In this document: positions 33,326 to 41,972 of the stretch, piece by piece | Numbering within the stretch: the first letter of the stretch is position 1 | Layout: each line of letters opens with the position of its first letter | Origin: an uncultured Pelagibacteraceae bacterium | GTDB taxonomy: Bacteria > Pseudomonadota > Alphaproteobacteria > Pelagibacterales > Pelagibacteraceae | DNA length: 64,000 nucleotides | Assembly: GCA_902627935.1 (NCBI GenBank) | Contig: CACOLA010000003.1 | Coordinates: 93,171-157,170 of the forward strand | Direction: 5' to 3' | The notes under the pieces: generated by a model | Seen by the model: the letters and a program-made list of their open reading frames with translations, nothing else | What the model was told of the DNA's origin: nothing | Database searches by the model: none | Position numbers and translations under genes: made by a program

Positions 33326-33905
33326 AATATTTCTCTCCTTTTTTCTTTGATAAATCTTCTACAATCGCTGAAATACTGCTGTTATTTATATTAGCACCAA
33401 TCAGTTTTTGAATAATCTCTGAACAGGTATCAATTGCAATTTTATTTATTTTTGTAGGCGAGTCTTTTTTAAGTTGGTTAATCTCATCTTCAGCTCTTTT
33501 AATTTCTTCATCTATCTGTTTATCTAAAGCATCTCTTTTAAGATTAATTTCTTTTAAAGTCTTTTCTCTTGCTTGAATAAAAATCTCTTTTGCTTCCATT
33601 TTACTTTTTGAAATGATATCGTCATATTCTTTAAGCTTTGACTCACTTTTTTTTCTTTGACTATCCGCTGCCTCAATATTATCTGAGATTTGAGATTTTC
33701 TTAATTCAAGGTTAGAACTAATTTTAGGAAGTATTAGACGAGATAAAACTACATACAATACTCCAAAAGTTATTGTTAACCAAAATATCTGCGAAATCCA
33801 ATATTCAGGATTTAATTGAGGCATTCCTCCACTTTCAGCAGAAAAAACTTTTCCAATCAAGAGAAAGTTAAAAAATACTAACTGAAATAATATTTTATTA
33901 ATCAT
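33315..33905 (-). CDS. atpF2: ATP synthase F0 subunit b'
   Basis: GGMPQL....SQIFWL motif. Confidence 0.9.
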   Translation of the reverse strand: MINKILFQLVFFNFLLIGKVFSAESGGMPQLNPEYWISQIFWLTITFGVLYVVLSRLILPKISSNLELRKSQISDNIEAADSQRKKSESKLKEYDDIISKSKMEAKEIFIQAREKTLKEINLKRDALDKQIDEEIKRAEDEINQLKKDSPTKINKIAIDTCSEIIQKLIGANINNSSISAIVEDLSKKKGEKYYGN

Positions 33906-33911
33906 TAAAAT

Positions 33912-34139
33912 TTAAAACGCAAAAAGAATGATTAACGCGACCACCAGTCCAAAAAGACCAGTCGCCTCTGCTAAAGCAAATCCTAATAGTAAATTTGGAA
34001 ATTGTTTCTGAGCTGCAGATGGATTTCTCATTGCACCTGATAAATAATTTCCAAAAATTATTCCTATTCCAACACCGGCACCAGCTAAAGCAATTGCTGC
34101 TAGGCCTGCTCCGATCATTTTCGCTGCTTCTAGTTCCAT
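33912..34139 (-). CDS. atpE: ATP synthase F0 subunit c
   Basis: GAGVGIG, RNP and FALAEA (proton-binding Glu). Confidence 0.98.
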   Translation of the reverse strand: MELEAAKMIGAGLAAIALAGAGVGIGIIFGNYLSGAMRNPSAAQKQFPNLLLGFALAEATGLFGLVVALIILFAF

Positions 34140-34159
34140 TATATCCTCCTTTATATTAA

Positions 34160-34894
34160 TTAATGGTGTAAATTTAATGCATCATTTAAATAGATGCAGG
34201 TTAAGATTGCAAAAACATAAGCTTGAAGAAAAGCAACTAAGATCTCCAAACCTGTTAAAGCAACCGAAAAACTTAATGGAAGCCACCCACCAACTATTCC
34301 AAGGCTTATTACAAAGCCTCCAAAAACTTTCATCATCGTATGACCAGCCATCATATTAGCAAAAAGTCTCACTGACAAACTTATCGGTCTACTTAAATAA
34401 GAAATTATTTCAATTATTACAATTAATGGAAGCAGTATAGCTGGTACTCCGCTGGGAACAAATAACTTAAGATATCCCAAACCATGTTTAATAAATCCTA
34501 TAATAGTAACTCCTATAAAAATGAAAGATGCTAGCATAAAAGTTACAATTATATGACTTGTGACAGTAAAAGTATATGGGATCATGCCAAACATATTGCA
34601 AAACAAAACAAACATGAACAACGAAAATATAAAAGAGAAGTATGGCTTTGCTTTTGTTCCTGCAGTATCATTGATCATCTTAGACACAAAAGTATAACTT
34701 AATTCAGCTAAAAGTTGGATTTTACTGGGTAGAAGAGAATTTTTTTTGGATCCTAAATTAAATACAAACAAGATTGCTAAAGAGCTTATAACCATAAATA
34801 AACTCGCGTTTGTAAATGAAATATCTAACGCACCTACTTTAATTTCTGGACCAATTCGATAAACTTCGAATTGTGTCATTGGGTTTGCTGCCAT
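34160..34894 (-). CDS. atpB: ATP synthase F0 subunit a
   Basis: SLSVRLFANMMAGH and LQAYVF..L motifs. Confidence 0.98.
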   Translation of the reverse strand: MAANPMTQFEVYRIGPEIKVGALDISFTNASLFMVISSLAILFVFNLGSKKNSLLPSKIQLLAELSYTFVSKMINDTAGTKAKPYFSFIFSLFMFVLFCNMFGMIPYTFTVTSHIIVTFMLASFIFIGVTIIGFIKHGLGYLKLFVPSGVPAILLPLIVIIEIISYLSRPISLSVRLFANMMAGHTMMKVFGGFVISLGIVGGWLPLSFSVALTGLEILVAFLQAYVFAILTCIYLNDALNLHH

Positions 34895-34902
34895 AAAATA
34901 AT

Positions 34903-35178
34903 CTACTTTTGCATATTTTTTGCTGATTTAATTACATTAGTTATACCTGCAATTACACCAACAAAAAAAAATATTATTATTAACCATGGCTTAGTACCAA
35001 AGGTCTTATCTAAAAGAAACCCAATAATTGTCCCTACTGCTACCGCGGAGACAAGTTCAGTACTAAGCTTAAAAGCAGAGCCAATTGAGCTAGAATTTTG
35101 ACTATTATTCTGCAATTTTTTTTTTGAAAGCTTACTTTTTGCAATCTGTAAGCGAGTTTTGAATGGATCTTTTGTCAT
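34903..35178 (-). CDS. atpI: AtpZ/AtpI family protein
   Basis: ELVSAV.VG..IG..LD..FGT.PW...G..AG motif; upstream of atpB. Confidence 0.9.
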   Translation of the reverse strand: MTKDPFKTRLQIAKSKLSKKKLQNNSQNSSSIGSAFKLSTELVSAVAVGTIIGFLLDKTFGTKPWLIIIFFFVGVIAGITNVIKSAKNMQK

Positions 35179-35184
35179 GAAGGT

Positions 35185-37581
35185 TTAAGCAACCATACTT
35201 TCTGCTTTTTGAAGATCTACCGCTACAAGTTGGCTAATTCCCTTTTCTGGCATAGTTACACCATATAGTCTGTCCATTTTTGACATTGTTAGGGCATGGT
35301 GTGTCACTATTATAAACTTAGTATTGGTAATTTTAGTTAATTCATCAAGTAAATTACAAAATCTTGTTACATTGGCATCATCTAGAGGCGCATCAACCTC
35401 ATCCAATACACATATAGGTGAGGGGTTTGTTAAAAAAACAGCAAAAACTAAAGAGAGTGCAGTTAGTGCCTGTTCTCCCCCAGATAGCAAAGTAATGGAC
35501 TGTAGACGTTTTCCTGGAGGACTTACTAACATTTCTAATCCAGCTTCAAGTGGGTCATCTGAATCAACAAGTTCCAATTTTGCATTTCCACCATTGAACA
35601 GTTTAGTGTAGACGTCATTAAATTTTCTATTAACTTTTTCAAACGCTTCAATTAATCTTTCTCTACCTTTTTGATTTAGTTCGTTAATACTTTCTTTTAG
35701 TTTAATAATTGCTGTTACTAAATCCATTCTATCTTGTTCCATTTTTTTTATTTCTATTTCGTATTTACTAGTCTCTTCATCTGCCTTTAAATTTACAGAT
35801 CCTAGTTTTTCTCTTGCTTGCTTTTTTTTATCCAACAAGTCCTCTTGGTCAATATGATTGGGAAAATCCTCCAACCCATTTAAATTTGAATTTTGCAAAA
35901 TATTTTCTTCTGTTAAGTTTAGTTCAGAGTTTATTCTATCTATTAAATCATTTTTTCTTTTTTTTAGACCCTCAATTGTAGCTCCAGAGCTAGCTTTTCT
36001 CTCTCTAATTTGGATTGATTGTTCCTGTATCTCATTAAGTTGAGATCTTAAAATTTCAATTTTTTTATCTATATCTTCTATAATTTTTTCATTTTCATTT
36101 TTTTCTTTATCAGAAATTCTTAAATTTTCTGAAATTTGACCTTTTTTTTCTGCTTGAATTTTAGGTCGACTATCTAATTTTTCTAATTGGTAATTAAAAT
36201 TTTTTTTTCTTTCTGAAAGTTCTAATACCATTTTTTCAGAATTTGAAAGTAAATTTTTCCAACTTTCAATTTCTTTATCTATAATATTAATTCTTTGATT
36301 TCTTTTGACTGACTCATTTTTGATATTTCGATTTTTGCTAAAACTTTCAGCATATGTTTCTATAAAACTGCTAAAATTATTTAATACATTTAATGCCTCA
36401 TCGTTTTTCTTTAATGAAATTAAAGTTTTTAAATTTTCAATTTCAATTTTTAATTTATTTTTACACTCATTTAAATCTTCATTTGATTTTTTTTCAGTTT
36501 CATAATACTTCGAGTCAATTTGAATAAGTTCATTTTTTTCTTCCTTAAGTCTTTTCTCATTAGAGTTTGCATCAATAATAATCCCTCTTTCTCTAGAAAT
36601 ATCTTCATCTAAAGTTTGTAAAGATTTTTTGATATTTTCAATTTCTTTTTGTGTTCTTGTATTTTCCTCATCAAGACTTTTAAGTTCTAAATTTAATCTC
36701 TGAATTTTCGATAAATTTTCGATATTTTTTTCTCTAAGAGGTGCTACTTTTTCTGTTTCAGTCCTGATTGTTTTTTCAAGTTCTGCAATCTTGTTATTAT
36801 AACCACTCACTTCTCCCTCTGCTTCTGAATTAATTTCATTCTCAACTCTTATTTCTTTATCAATTTCCAATAATTTTAAATAATATAGTCCAGCTTCAAT
36901 TTTTTTAATTTCGTCTGACATATTTTTATATTTTGTAGCCTCTTCAGCCTGTTTTTGAAGATGGGCTAATTGACGTTCTTGCTGTTTTCTTAATTCATCT
37001 GCTCTTTTTAAATTGTTCTCTGCAGCACTTAATCTTAATTCTGCTTCGTGTCTTCTAACATGTAATCCAGAAATACCTGCTGCTTCTTCTAATATTGCTC
37101 TTCTATCAGCTGGTTTTGCTGTCACTAAAGCTCCTATACGTCCTTGACTAATCATGGATGGAGAGTGAGCGCCAGTAGATAAATCTGCGAAAAACATCTG
37201 AGCATCTCTTGCTCTTACTTCTTTATCATTAATATAAAATTTTGAACCTTTATCTCTCTCTATTTTTCTTCTTACATGAATTTCATCTAATTCTCTAAAT
37301 TGAGTGGGGCCTTCATTGTTTTTATTTTCAACGATTACAGATACTTCGGCAATATTTTTTGAGGCCTTATTAGATGTTCCAGAAAAAATAACATCTTCCA
37401 TACCTGAACCTCTCATGCTTTTTGCAGATGTTTCGCCCATCGCCCATCGTAATGATTCAACAATATTTGATTTACCACAACCATTAGGTCCAACTATTCC
37501 AGTAAGCCCATTTTCAATCAAGAAATTGGTCTTCTCTGCAAATGATTTAAATCCATTAAGTTGGATTTTTTTAAACTCCAT
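35185..37581 (-). CDS. smc: chromosome segregation protein SMC (unusually short, 798 aa)
   Basis: GFKSF, GPNGCGKSN, Q-loop ISQG, LGSVN, LLSGGE, LDEVDAPLD and VTH motifs. Confidence 0.93.
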   Translation of the reverse strand: MEFKKIQLNGFKSFAEKTNFLIENGLTGIVGPNGCGKSNIVESLRWAMGETSAKSMRGSGMEDVIFSGTSNKASKNIAEVSVIVENKNNEGPTQFRELDEIHVRRKIERDKGSKFYINDKEVRARDAQMFFADLSTGAHSPSMISQGRIGALVTAKPADRRAILEEAAGISGLHVRRHEAELRLSAAENNLKRADELRKQQERQLAHLQKQAEEATKYKNMSDEIKKIEAGLYYLKLLEIDKEIRVENEINSEAEGEVSGYNNKIAELEKTIRTETEKVAPLREKNIENLSKIQRLNLELKSLDEENTRTQKEIENIKKSLQTLDEDISRERGIIIDANSNEKRLKEEKNELIQIDSKYYETEKKSNEDLNECKNKLKIEIENLKTLISLKKNDEALNVLNNFSSFIETYAESFSKNRNIKNESVKRNQRINIIDKEIESWKNLLSNSEKMVLELSERKKNFNYQLEKLDSRPKIQAEKKGQISENLRISDKEKNENEKIIEDIDKKIEILRSQLNEIQEQSIQIRERKASSGATIEGLKKRKNDLIDRINSELNLTEENILQNSNLNGLEDFPNHIDQEDLLDKKKQAREKLGSVNLKADEETSKYEIEIKKMEQDRMDLVTAIIKLKESINELNQKGRERLIEAFEKVNRKFNDVYTKLFNGGNAKLELVDSDDPLEAGLEMLVSPPGKRLQSITLLSGGEQALTALSLVFAVFLTNPSPICVLDEVDAPLDDANVTRFCNLLDELTKITNTKFIIVTHHALTMSKMDRLYGVTMPEKGISQLVAVDLQKAESMVA

Positions 37582-37589
37582 ACTTTAAC

Positions 37590-38174
37590 TTATATCAGCT
37601 TTTCAAGAGATTTTTTTAAATTTTTGTAATTTAAGGACTTTTCAAACTTTTTGTTATTAATAATTATCGTAGGAGTAGCATTTACTTTAAATTTTTTAAC
37701 ACCTTCGATTCGATCATTTAAAACAAAATTCTCTATATTCTTATCAGTAGTGCACTTATCAAAATCTAAACCAAAACCCTGAGATTTCAAAAAATTTTTT
37801 AAATTTTTATTAACTTCTCCAACTGTCTCACCTTTTACCCATTTTGATTGATTTAAATATAAACTATTTAAAATTTCAGACCTCCCATCATTTTTACATT
37901 GAGAAAATTTAGATGCATTTAAAGCTGCTAAATCAAGTGGAAAATGTCTAAATTCTATTTTTACAATACCTGTATCGATGTAATCCTTTTTTAACTTTGG
38001 ATATATTTTGATATGAAAGTCTGCACAATGGCTACAAGTTAAAGATTCATAAGCAATTATATTAATTTTGGCATCTTTATTACCAACGATTATTCTTTTG
38101 ATATCATCTGAATTTTCAGCATTAATATTTGAGGTAAACAGATAAATAATGATAAATAAAAATATTTTTTTCAT
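37590..38174 (-). CDS. dsbA: DsbA-family thiol-disulfide oxidoreductase
   Basis: Signal peptide, YESLTCSHCADFH, RHFPLD and ATPT motifs. Confidence 0.88.
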   Translation of the reverse strand: MKKIFLFIIIYLFTSNINAENSDDIKRIIVGNKDAKINIIAYESLTCSHCADFHIKIYPKLKKDYIDTGIVKIEFRHFPLDLAALNASKFSQCKNDGRSEILNSLYLNQSKWVKGETVGEVNKNLKNFLKSQGFGLDFDKCTTDKNIENFVLNDRIEGVKKFKVNATPTIIINNKKFEKSLNYKNLKKSLEKLI

Positions 38175-38659
38175 TTTTGTTTAAATACTTTTGTTAATTC
38201 TATTAAAGATTTTTTAATCTTATCATTTTTAATATCTTTAATTTTATTTTGATATTTCTTAATTGTCACATTTTTTTCTTTATTTTCAGCAGAAAATGAA
38301 ATGACTTTATCATCATCGAAGGTATTAAATTTAAGTTTTTCAACAACAGAATATCCAAAAAATTCATTCATTTTATTTAGAATTTCTTTTTTGGAATATT
38401 CTAAATCGATCTCATGACCCCTTTTAACAACTACAAGAAGAGTGCTAACTCCAAATCGATTAGAATTTTTGAAAGATTTTGGGTAACAAATTTTGAATAA
38501 TTTTTCACCAACTATATATTTCCAATTGTTTAAAGTTTCTGAATAAATGTGTCCTTTTTTATTTATAATGTTTTTTATGTTTTTTGGTAATGTATCTCTA
38601 AACGATCTTAGGCCTTGCAAGCTACTGTTTCTCTGCTTAGTATATTTTTTAAATTGCAT
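38171..38659 (-). CDS. DUF721/DciA-like protein
   Basis: W..IVG..L...C.P and I..KMNEFFGY..V..LK motifs; typical DUF721-dsbA-smc order; ATG at 38659 preferred. Confidence 0.75.
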   Translation of the reverse strand: MQFKKYTKQRNSSLQGLRSFRDTLPKNIKNIINKKGHIYSETLNNWKYIVGEKLFKICYPKSFKNSNRFGVSTLLVVVKRGHEIDLEYSKKEILNKMNEFFGYSVVEKLKFNTFDDDKVISFSAENKEKNVTIKKYQNKIKDIKNDKIKKSLIELTKVFKQK

Positions 38660-39641
38660 GAAAGAACAATTTGTAACAAAAAAAATTCTCAATTGGTATG
38701 ATTTTAATAAAAGATCATTACCATGGAGAGAGAATGTTTCTTTACGAAAAAGGCAGTATAACACATTAGTAAGTGAATTTATGCTCCAACAAACTCAGGT
38801 TGCAACTGTAATTCCATATTTTGATAGATTTATAAAAGAAATACCCAATATGGAAAATCTAGCAAAGGTACAAAATAAAAAACTTATAAAATTATGGGAG
38901 GGGCTTGGATACTATTCGAGAGTAAAAAATTTAAAAAAAACTGCAAAAATTGTTATTAAAAATTTTGGAGGAAAACTACCTGATAATTTTGAAAATTTGG
39001 TAAAATTACCTGGAATTGGGGAATATACAGCAAGTGCAATCTTAGCAATAGCATTTAATAAGCCTTATATTCCATTAGATGGAAATATAGAAAGAGTTTT
39101 AAAAAGATACCTTTATTTAAAAAAAGAAAAAGAGATTCAAAAAGATTATCTTTTAAAAAAAAAATCTATATTTGGATTATCATCTAGATCGAGTGATTAT
39201 GCTCAAGCTTTGATGGAGCTAGGTGCTTTAATATGCAAACCAAATAATCCGTTATGTGATCAATGCCCTATTAAAAAAAATTGTAAATCCTACAAAAAGA
39301 AAGATTTCAGTTTAGTAAAGATAGTAAAGAAAAATAAAGAAAAATATTTTATCCTCAAGGTTTATAAAAAAAATCAAAGATATTTATTAATTAAAAACAC
39401 TAAATTTAATTTTCTTAGAAATTTATCAATATTTCCTATGGAAGAATTATCTAATCCAAAAAATTTTCATGAAAATTTAAATTTTAAAATGTCTAATATG
39501 AACATGAATATTAAAATTCAATATTTGAAAGAATACCAAAAAATTCCATCATCTTATTGGGTAGACAGAAATAAATTGAGTAATTATATGTTACCTTCTT
39601 TTACAAAAAAAGTTGTTCAATATTTAGAAAAAAACTTATGA
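38658..39641 (+). CDS. mutY: A/G-specific adenine glycosylase
   Basis: WY....R.LPWR, SEFMLQQTQV, WEGLGYYSR, LPGIGEYTA, DGNIERV and C-x6-C-x2-C-x5-C motifs; ATG at 38658 preferred. Confidence 0.95.
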   Translation: MKEQFVTKKILNWYDFNKRSLPWRENVSLRKRQYNTLVSEFMLQQTQVATVIPYFDRFIKEIPNMENLAKVQNKKLIKLWEGLGYYSRVKNLKKTAKIVIKNFGGKLPDNFENLVKLPGIGEYTASAILAIAFNKPYIPLDGNIERVLKRYLYLKKEKEIQKDYLLKKKSIFGLSSRSSDYAQALMELGALICKPNNPLCDQCPIKKNCKSYKKKDFSLVKIVKKNKEKYFILKVYKKNQRYLLIKNTKFNFLRNLSIFPMEELSNPKNFHENLNFKMSNMNMNIKIQYLKEYQKIPSSYWVDRNKLSNYMLPSFTKKVVQYLEKNL

Positions 39642-40777
39642 AAAAAGTTGGTATTATTGGAGCTGGTATTTCAGGACTGTTCATTGCAAACTTATTCAAA
39701 AAGAATTTGAATTATCAAATTACACTTTATGAAAAAAATAGCTCAATTAATTTAGAGGAAGGTTACGGAATTCAATTATCCGTAAATAGTGTTAAGCTTT
39801 TAAATCAAATTGGATTTGACAAATTTCAAAATAATAAAAAGTATAATCCAGAAAAGATAAATTTCTATTCTATTAAAGGTCTTAATAAGATATGTGATTT
39901 AAGAATTTGTGATTTTAATACCGAAGATAGTAAGTACACCACTATGAGAAGATCTGATTTAGTAAATTTTTTAAGAACTGATTTAGAGGACTTTATTAAA
40001 ACTAATCATGATATTTCCAAGATAGATCAAGAAAATCAAAAGATTAAACTTACATTTGAGAATAATGAAATTTTTGAATGTGATTATTTGATCATTTCAG
40101 ATGGGGTTTTTTCAAAAAGTAAAAATCTTATTTCTAACAACCAAATTAATCCAAAATATAACAATACTTTGGCTATAAGAGGGATGATACCTAACTCTTC
40201 TAAAATTGATCGTAAAAATATATCATTATTTTTAGGTCCTGATTTTCATCATGTAATTTATCCTGTTAGTCTTAATGGGGATTTAAATTTTATAGCAATA
40301 ATGAAATACAATCTTTCTTCAAACGAGCAAAAAAACTACTCATTATTTAGTGATAAAAATTTTATTAAAGGGATTTTGAATAATGTCCCATTGGGAATGA
40401 GGGAATTTTTAGATGAAATTAAGGAATTAAAAATATTCCCCGTATTTGTTAGTGATGATTTTTTTAAAACAAAAAATAATAATATTCAATTTATAGGGGA
40501 TGCATTTTTTGCTCTCCCACCCTCATTTGCTCAAGGAGCATCTCAATCTTTAGAGAGTGCTTATGAACTATTTAAAAGCATAGAAAATAACACAGAAAGT
40601 AATTTTTTTAAAAATAGAGTAGTGAAAACTAAAATGGTTAATAAAAGATCAAACATTAATCAATTTGCTTTTCATTTATCTAATCCTTTTACCACTTTTT
40701 TTAGAAACATTTTTTTAACAAGATTAGTTAAAAATAAAATGTTTTTAGAAAGCTATCTTGGTAAAATTTATAGATAA
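39638..40777 (+). CDS. FAD-dependent monooxygenase (group A, salicylate-hydroxylase-like)
   Basis: GAGISG, G.GIQLS.N, DG..S and GDA....P...QGA motifs. Confidence 0.85.
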   Translation: MKKVGIIGAGISGLFIANLFKKNLNYQITLYEKNSSINLEEGYGIQLSVNSVKLLNQIGFDKFQNNKKYNPEKINFYSIKGLNKICDLRICDFNTEDSKYTTMRRSDLVNFLRTDLEDFIKTNHDISKIDQENQKIKLTFENNEIFECDYLIISDGVFSKSKNLISNNQINPKYNNTLAIRGMIPNSSKIDRKNISLFLGPDFHHVIYPVSLNGDLNFIAIMKYNLSSNEQKNYSLFSDKNFIKGILNNVPLGMREFLDEIKELKIFPVFVSDDFFKTKNNNIQFIGDAFFALPPSFAQGASQSLESAYELFKSIENNTESNFFKNRVVKTKMVNKRSNINQFAFHLSNPFTTFFRNIFLTRLVKNKMFLESYLGKIYR

Positions 40778-40779
40778 TT

Positions 40780-41853
40780 TTAGTTATTTTTATGAAGAAA
40801 TTTCTGTCTTAAGTTATCTAATGGAACAATATCTCTTCCAATTTTGCAATGCCAGAAAGTCCAGCCATTACAACTTTCAGCACCCAGAATTGTTGCAGCT
40901 ACTTTATGAATTGAGCCTTCGGTTTGAGCATGTTTGATACTTCCATCAGCCATAATTTTTGCACTGATTTTCTTTTTATCATCAAAAATAGTAGTACCTG
41001 GTTTGATTATTCCTAATTCAACTAAAGACCCAAATGGTATTCTTGGCTTAGATTTACCGTTTTGCAAAGTATCTAAATAATCATCTTCTATAGGTTTAGC
41101 TCTCTTCAGTCTTTGTTCAGCAGCTTTAAAATAGGTTTGTTCTTTTTCAATTCCATAATAATTTCTACCCAATTTTTTGGCAACTGTTGCTGTTGTACCT
41201 GACCCTATAAAAGGATCTAAAACTAAATCATTTTTATTTGAAGTTGCTAATAAAATTCTGTGAAGTAGAGATTCAGGTTTTTGTGTAGAATGCACTTTTT
41301 TACCATTCTTTTTTAGTCTTTCAGAACCATTGCAAATTGGTAATTCCCAATTAGACCTCATTTGAAGATCATCATTTAAACATTTCAAAGATTGATAATT
41401 AAAAGTGTATTTTGATTTTTCAGACTTAGATGCCCAAATTAAAGTTTCATGTGCATTCGTAAAACGTGTCCCTCTAAAATTTGGCATGGGATTTTTTTTA
41501 TTCCAAATAACGTCATTTAAAATCCAAAAACCTAAATTTTGAATAGCTGTGCCAACTCTAAAAATATTGTGATAACTACCAATTACCCAGATAGCTCCAT
41601 TTTTTTTTAAAATTCTTTTACATTCACTTAGCCATGAAAATGTAAAGTCATCGTATTTTTTAAAATTTTCAAATTGATCCCAGTCGTCATTTACCGCACT
41701 AACCTTAGTTCTATCTGGTCTTGTTAATTCACTTTTTAGTTGTAGGTTGTAGGGAGGGTCAGCAAAAATCAAATCAAAAGTCTCATCTGGAATTTTTTTT
41801 AGTTCCTTTAAACTATCTCCGTTTACTAATTTATTTTTTAGATCTAAATTCAT
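40780..41853 (-). CDS. ccrM: cell-cycle-regulated DNA adenine methyltransferase (GANTC), beta class
   Basis: FADPPYNLQL, GSYHNIFRVG, NPMPNFRGTRFTNAHET, HSTQKPE, DPFIGSGT and C-terminal GSIH/CNGWTFW; next to rnhB; ATG at 41853 preferred. Confidence 0.95.
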   Translation of the reverse strand: MNLDLKNKLVNGDSLKELKKIPDETFDLIFADPPYNLQLKSELTRPDRTKVSAVNDDWDQFENFKKYDDFTFSWLSECKRILKKNGAIWVIGSYHNIFRVGTAIQNLGFWILNDVIWNKKNPMPNFRGTRFTNAHETLIWASKSEKSKYTFNYQSLKCLNDDLQMRSNWELPICNGSERLKKNGKKVHSTQKPESLLHRILLATSNKNDLVLDPFIGSGTTATVAKKLGRNYYGIEKEQTYFKAAEQRLKRAKPIEDDYLDTLQNGKSKPRIPFGSLVELGIIKPGTTIFDDKKKISAKIMADGSIKHAQTEGSIHKVAATILGAESCNGWTFWHCKIGRDIVPLDNLRQKFLHKNN

Positions 41854-41866
41854 TTTATAAAAAGAA

Positions 41867-41895
41867 ATTAGACTCCAAAAAGATTCCAGGGTCAA
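41867..41895 (-). promoter_or_regulatory. candidate sigma70 promoter of ccrM containing two GANTC sites
   Basis: Minus strand TTGACC-N17-TCTAAT; GANTC at 41882-41886 and 41871-41875. Confidence 0.6.
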
Positions 41896-41943
41896 CCTAC
41901 GATAGAATTATTTGAATTCAATTTGTGTAATATTTTTACGAAA

Positions 41944-41959
41944 CAACAAGATATTGTGT
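41944..41959. promoter_or_regulatory. candidate NrdR box
   Basis: CAACAAGATATTGTGT versus consensus acaCwAtATaTwGtgt; a degenerate copy lies 31 bp away at 41913-41928. Confidence 0.5.
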
Positions 41960-41972
41960 TTCTACGTGAAAC

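Noticed and set aside
35185-37581. SMC-like protein as a Wadjet/Lamassu/SbcC/RecN defence or repair ATPase
   Set aside because: The head motifs and the DUF721-dsbA-smc context match chromosomal Smc, and no jet, lmu or sbcD partners are nearby.
38547-38764. Apparent 218-bp head-to-head overlap of mutY and DUF721 in the ORF track
   Set aside because: The N-terminal extensions look like shadow sequence; internal ATGs at 38658 and 38659 fit family lengths better.
40780-41853. Methyltransferase as part of a restriction-modification or defence system
   Set aside because: No endonuclease is adjacent; the CcrM-specific motifs and the rnhB neighbour indicate the orphan housekeeping methylase.
41854-41895. 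TTG-start N-terminal extension of ccrM and the 41721-41915 plus-strand ORF
   Set aside because: The TTG coincides with a -35-like hexamer, homology begins after ATG 41853, and the plus-strand ORF has no motif support.
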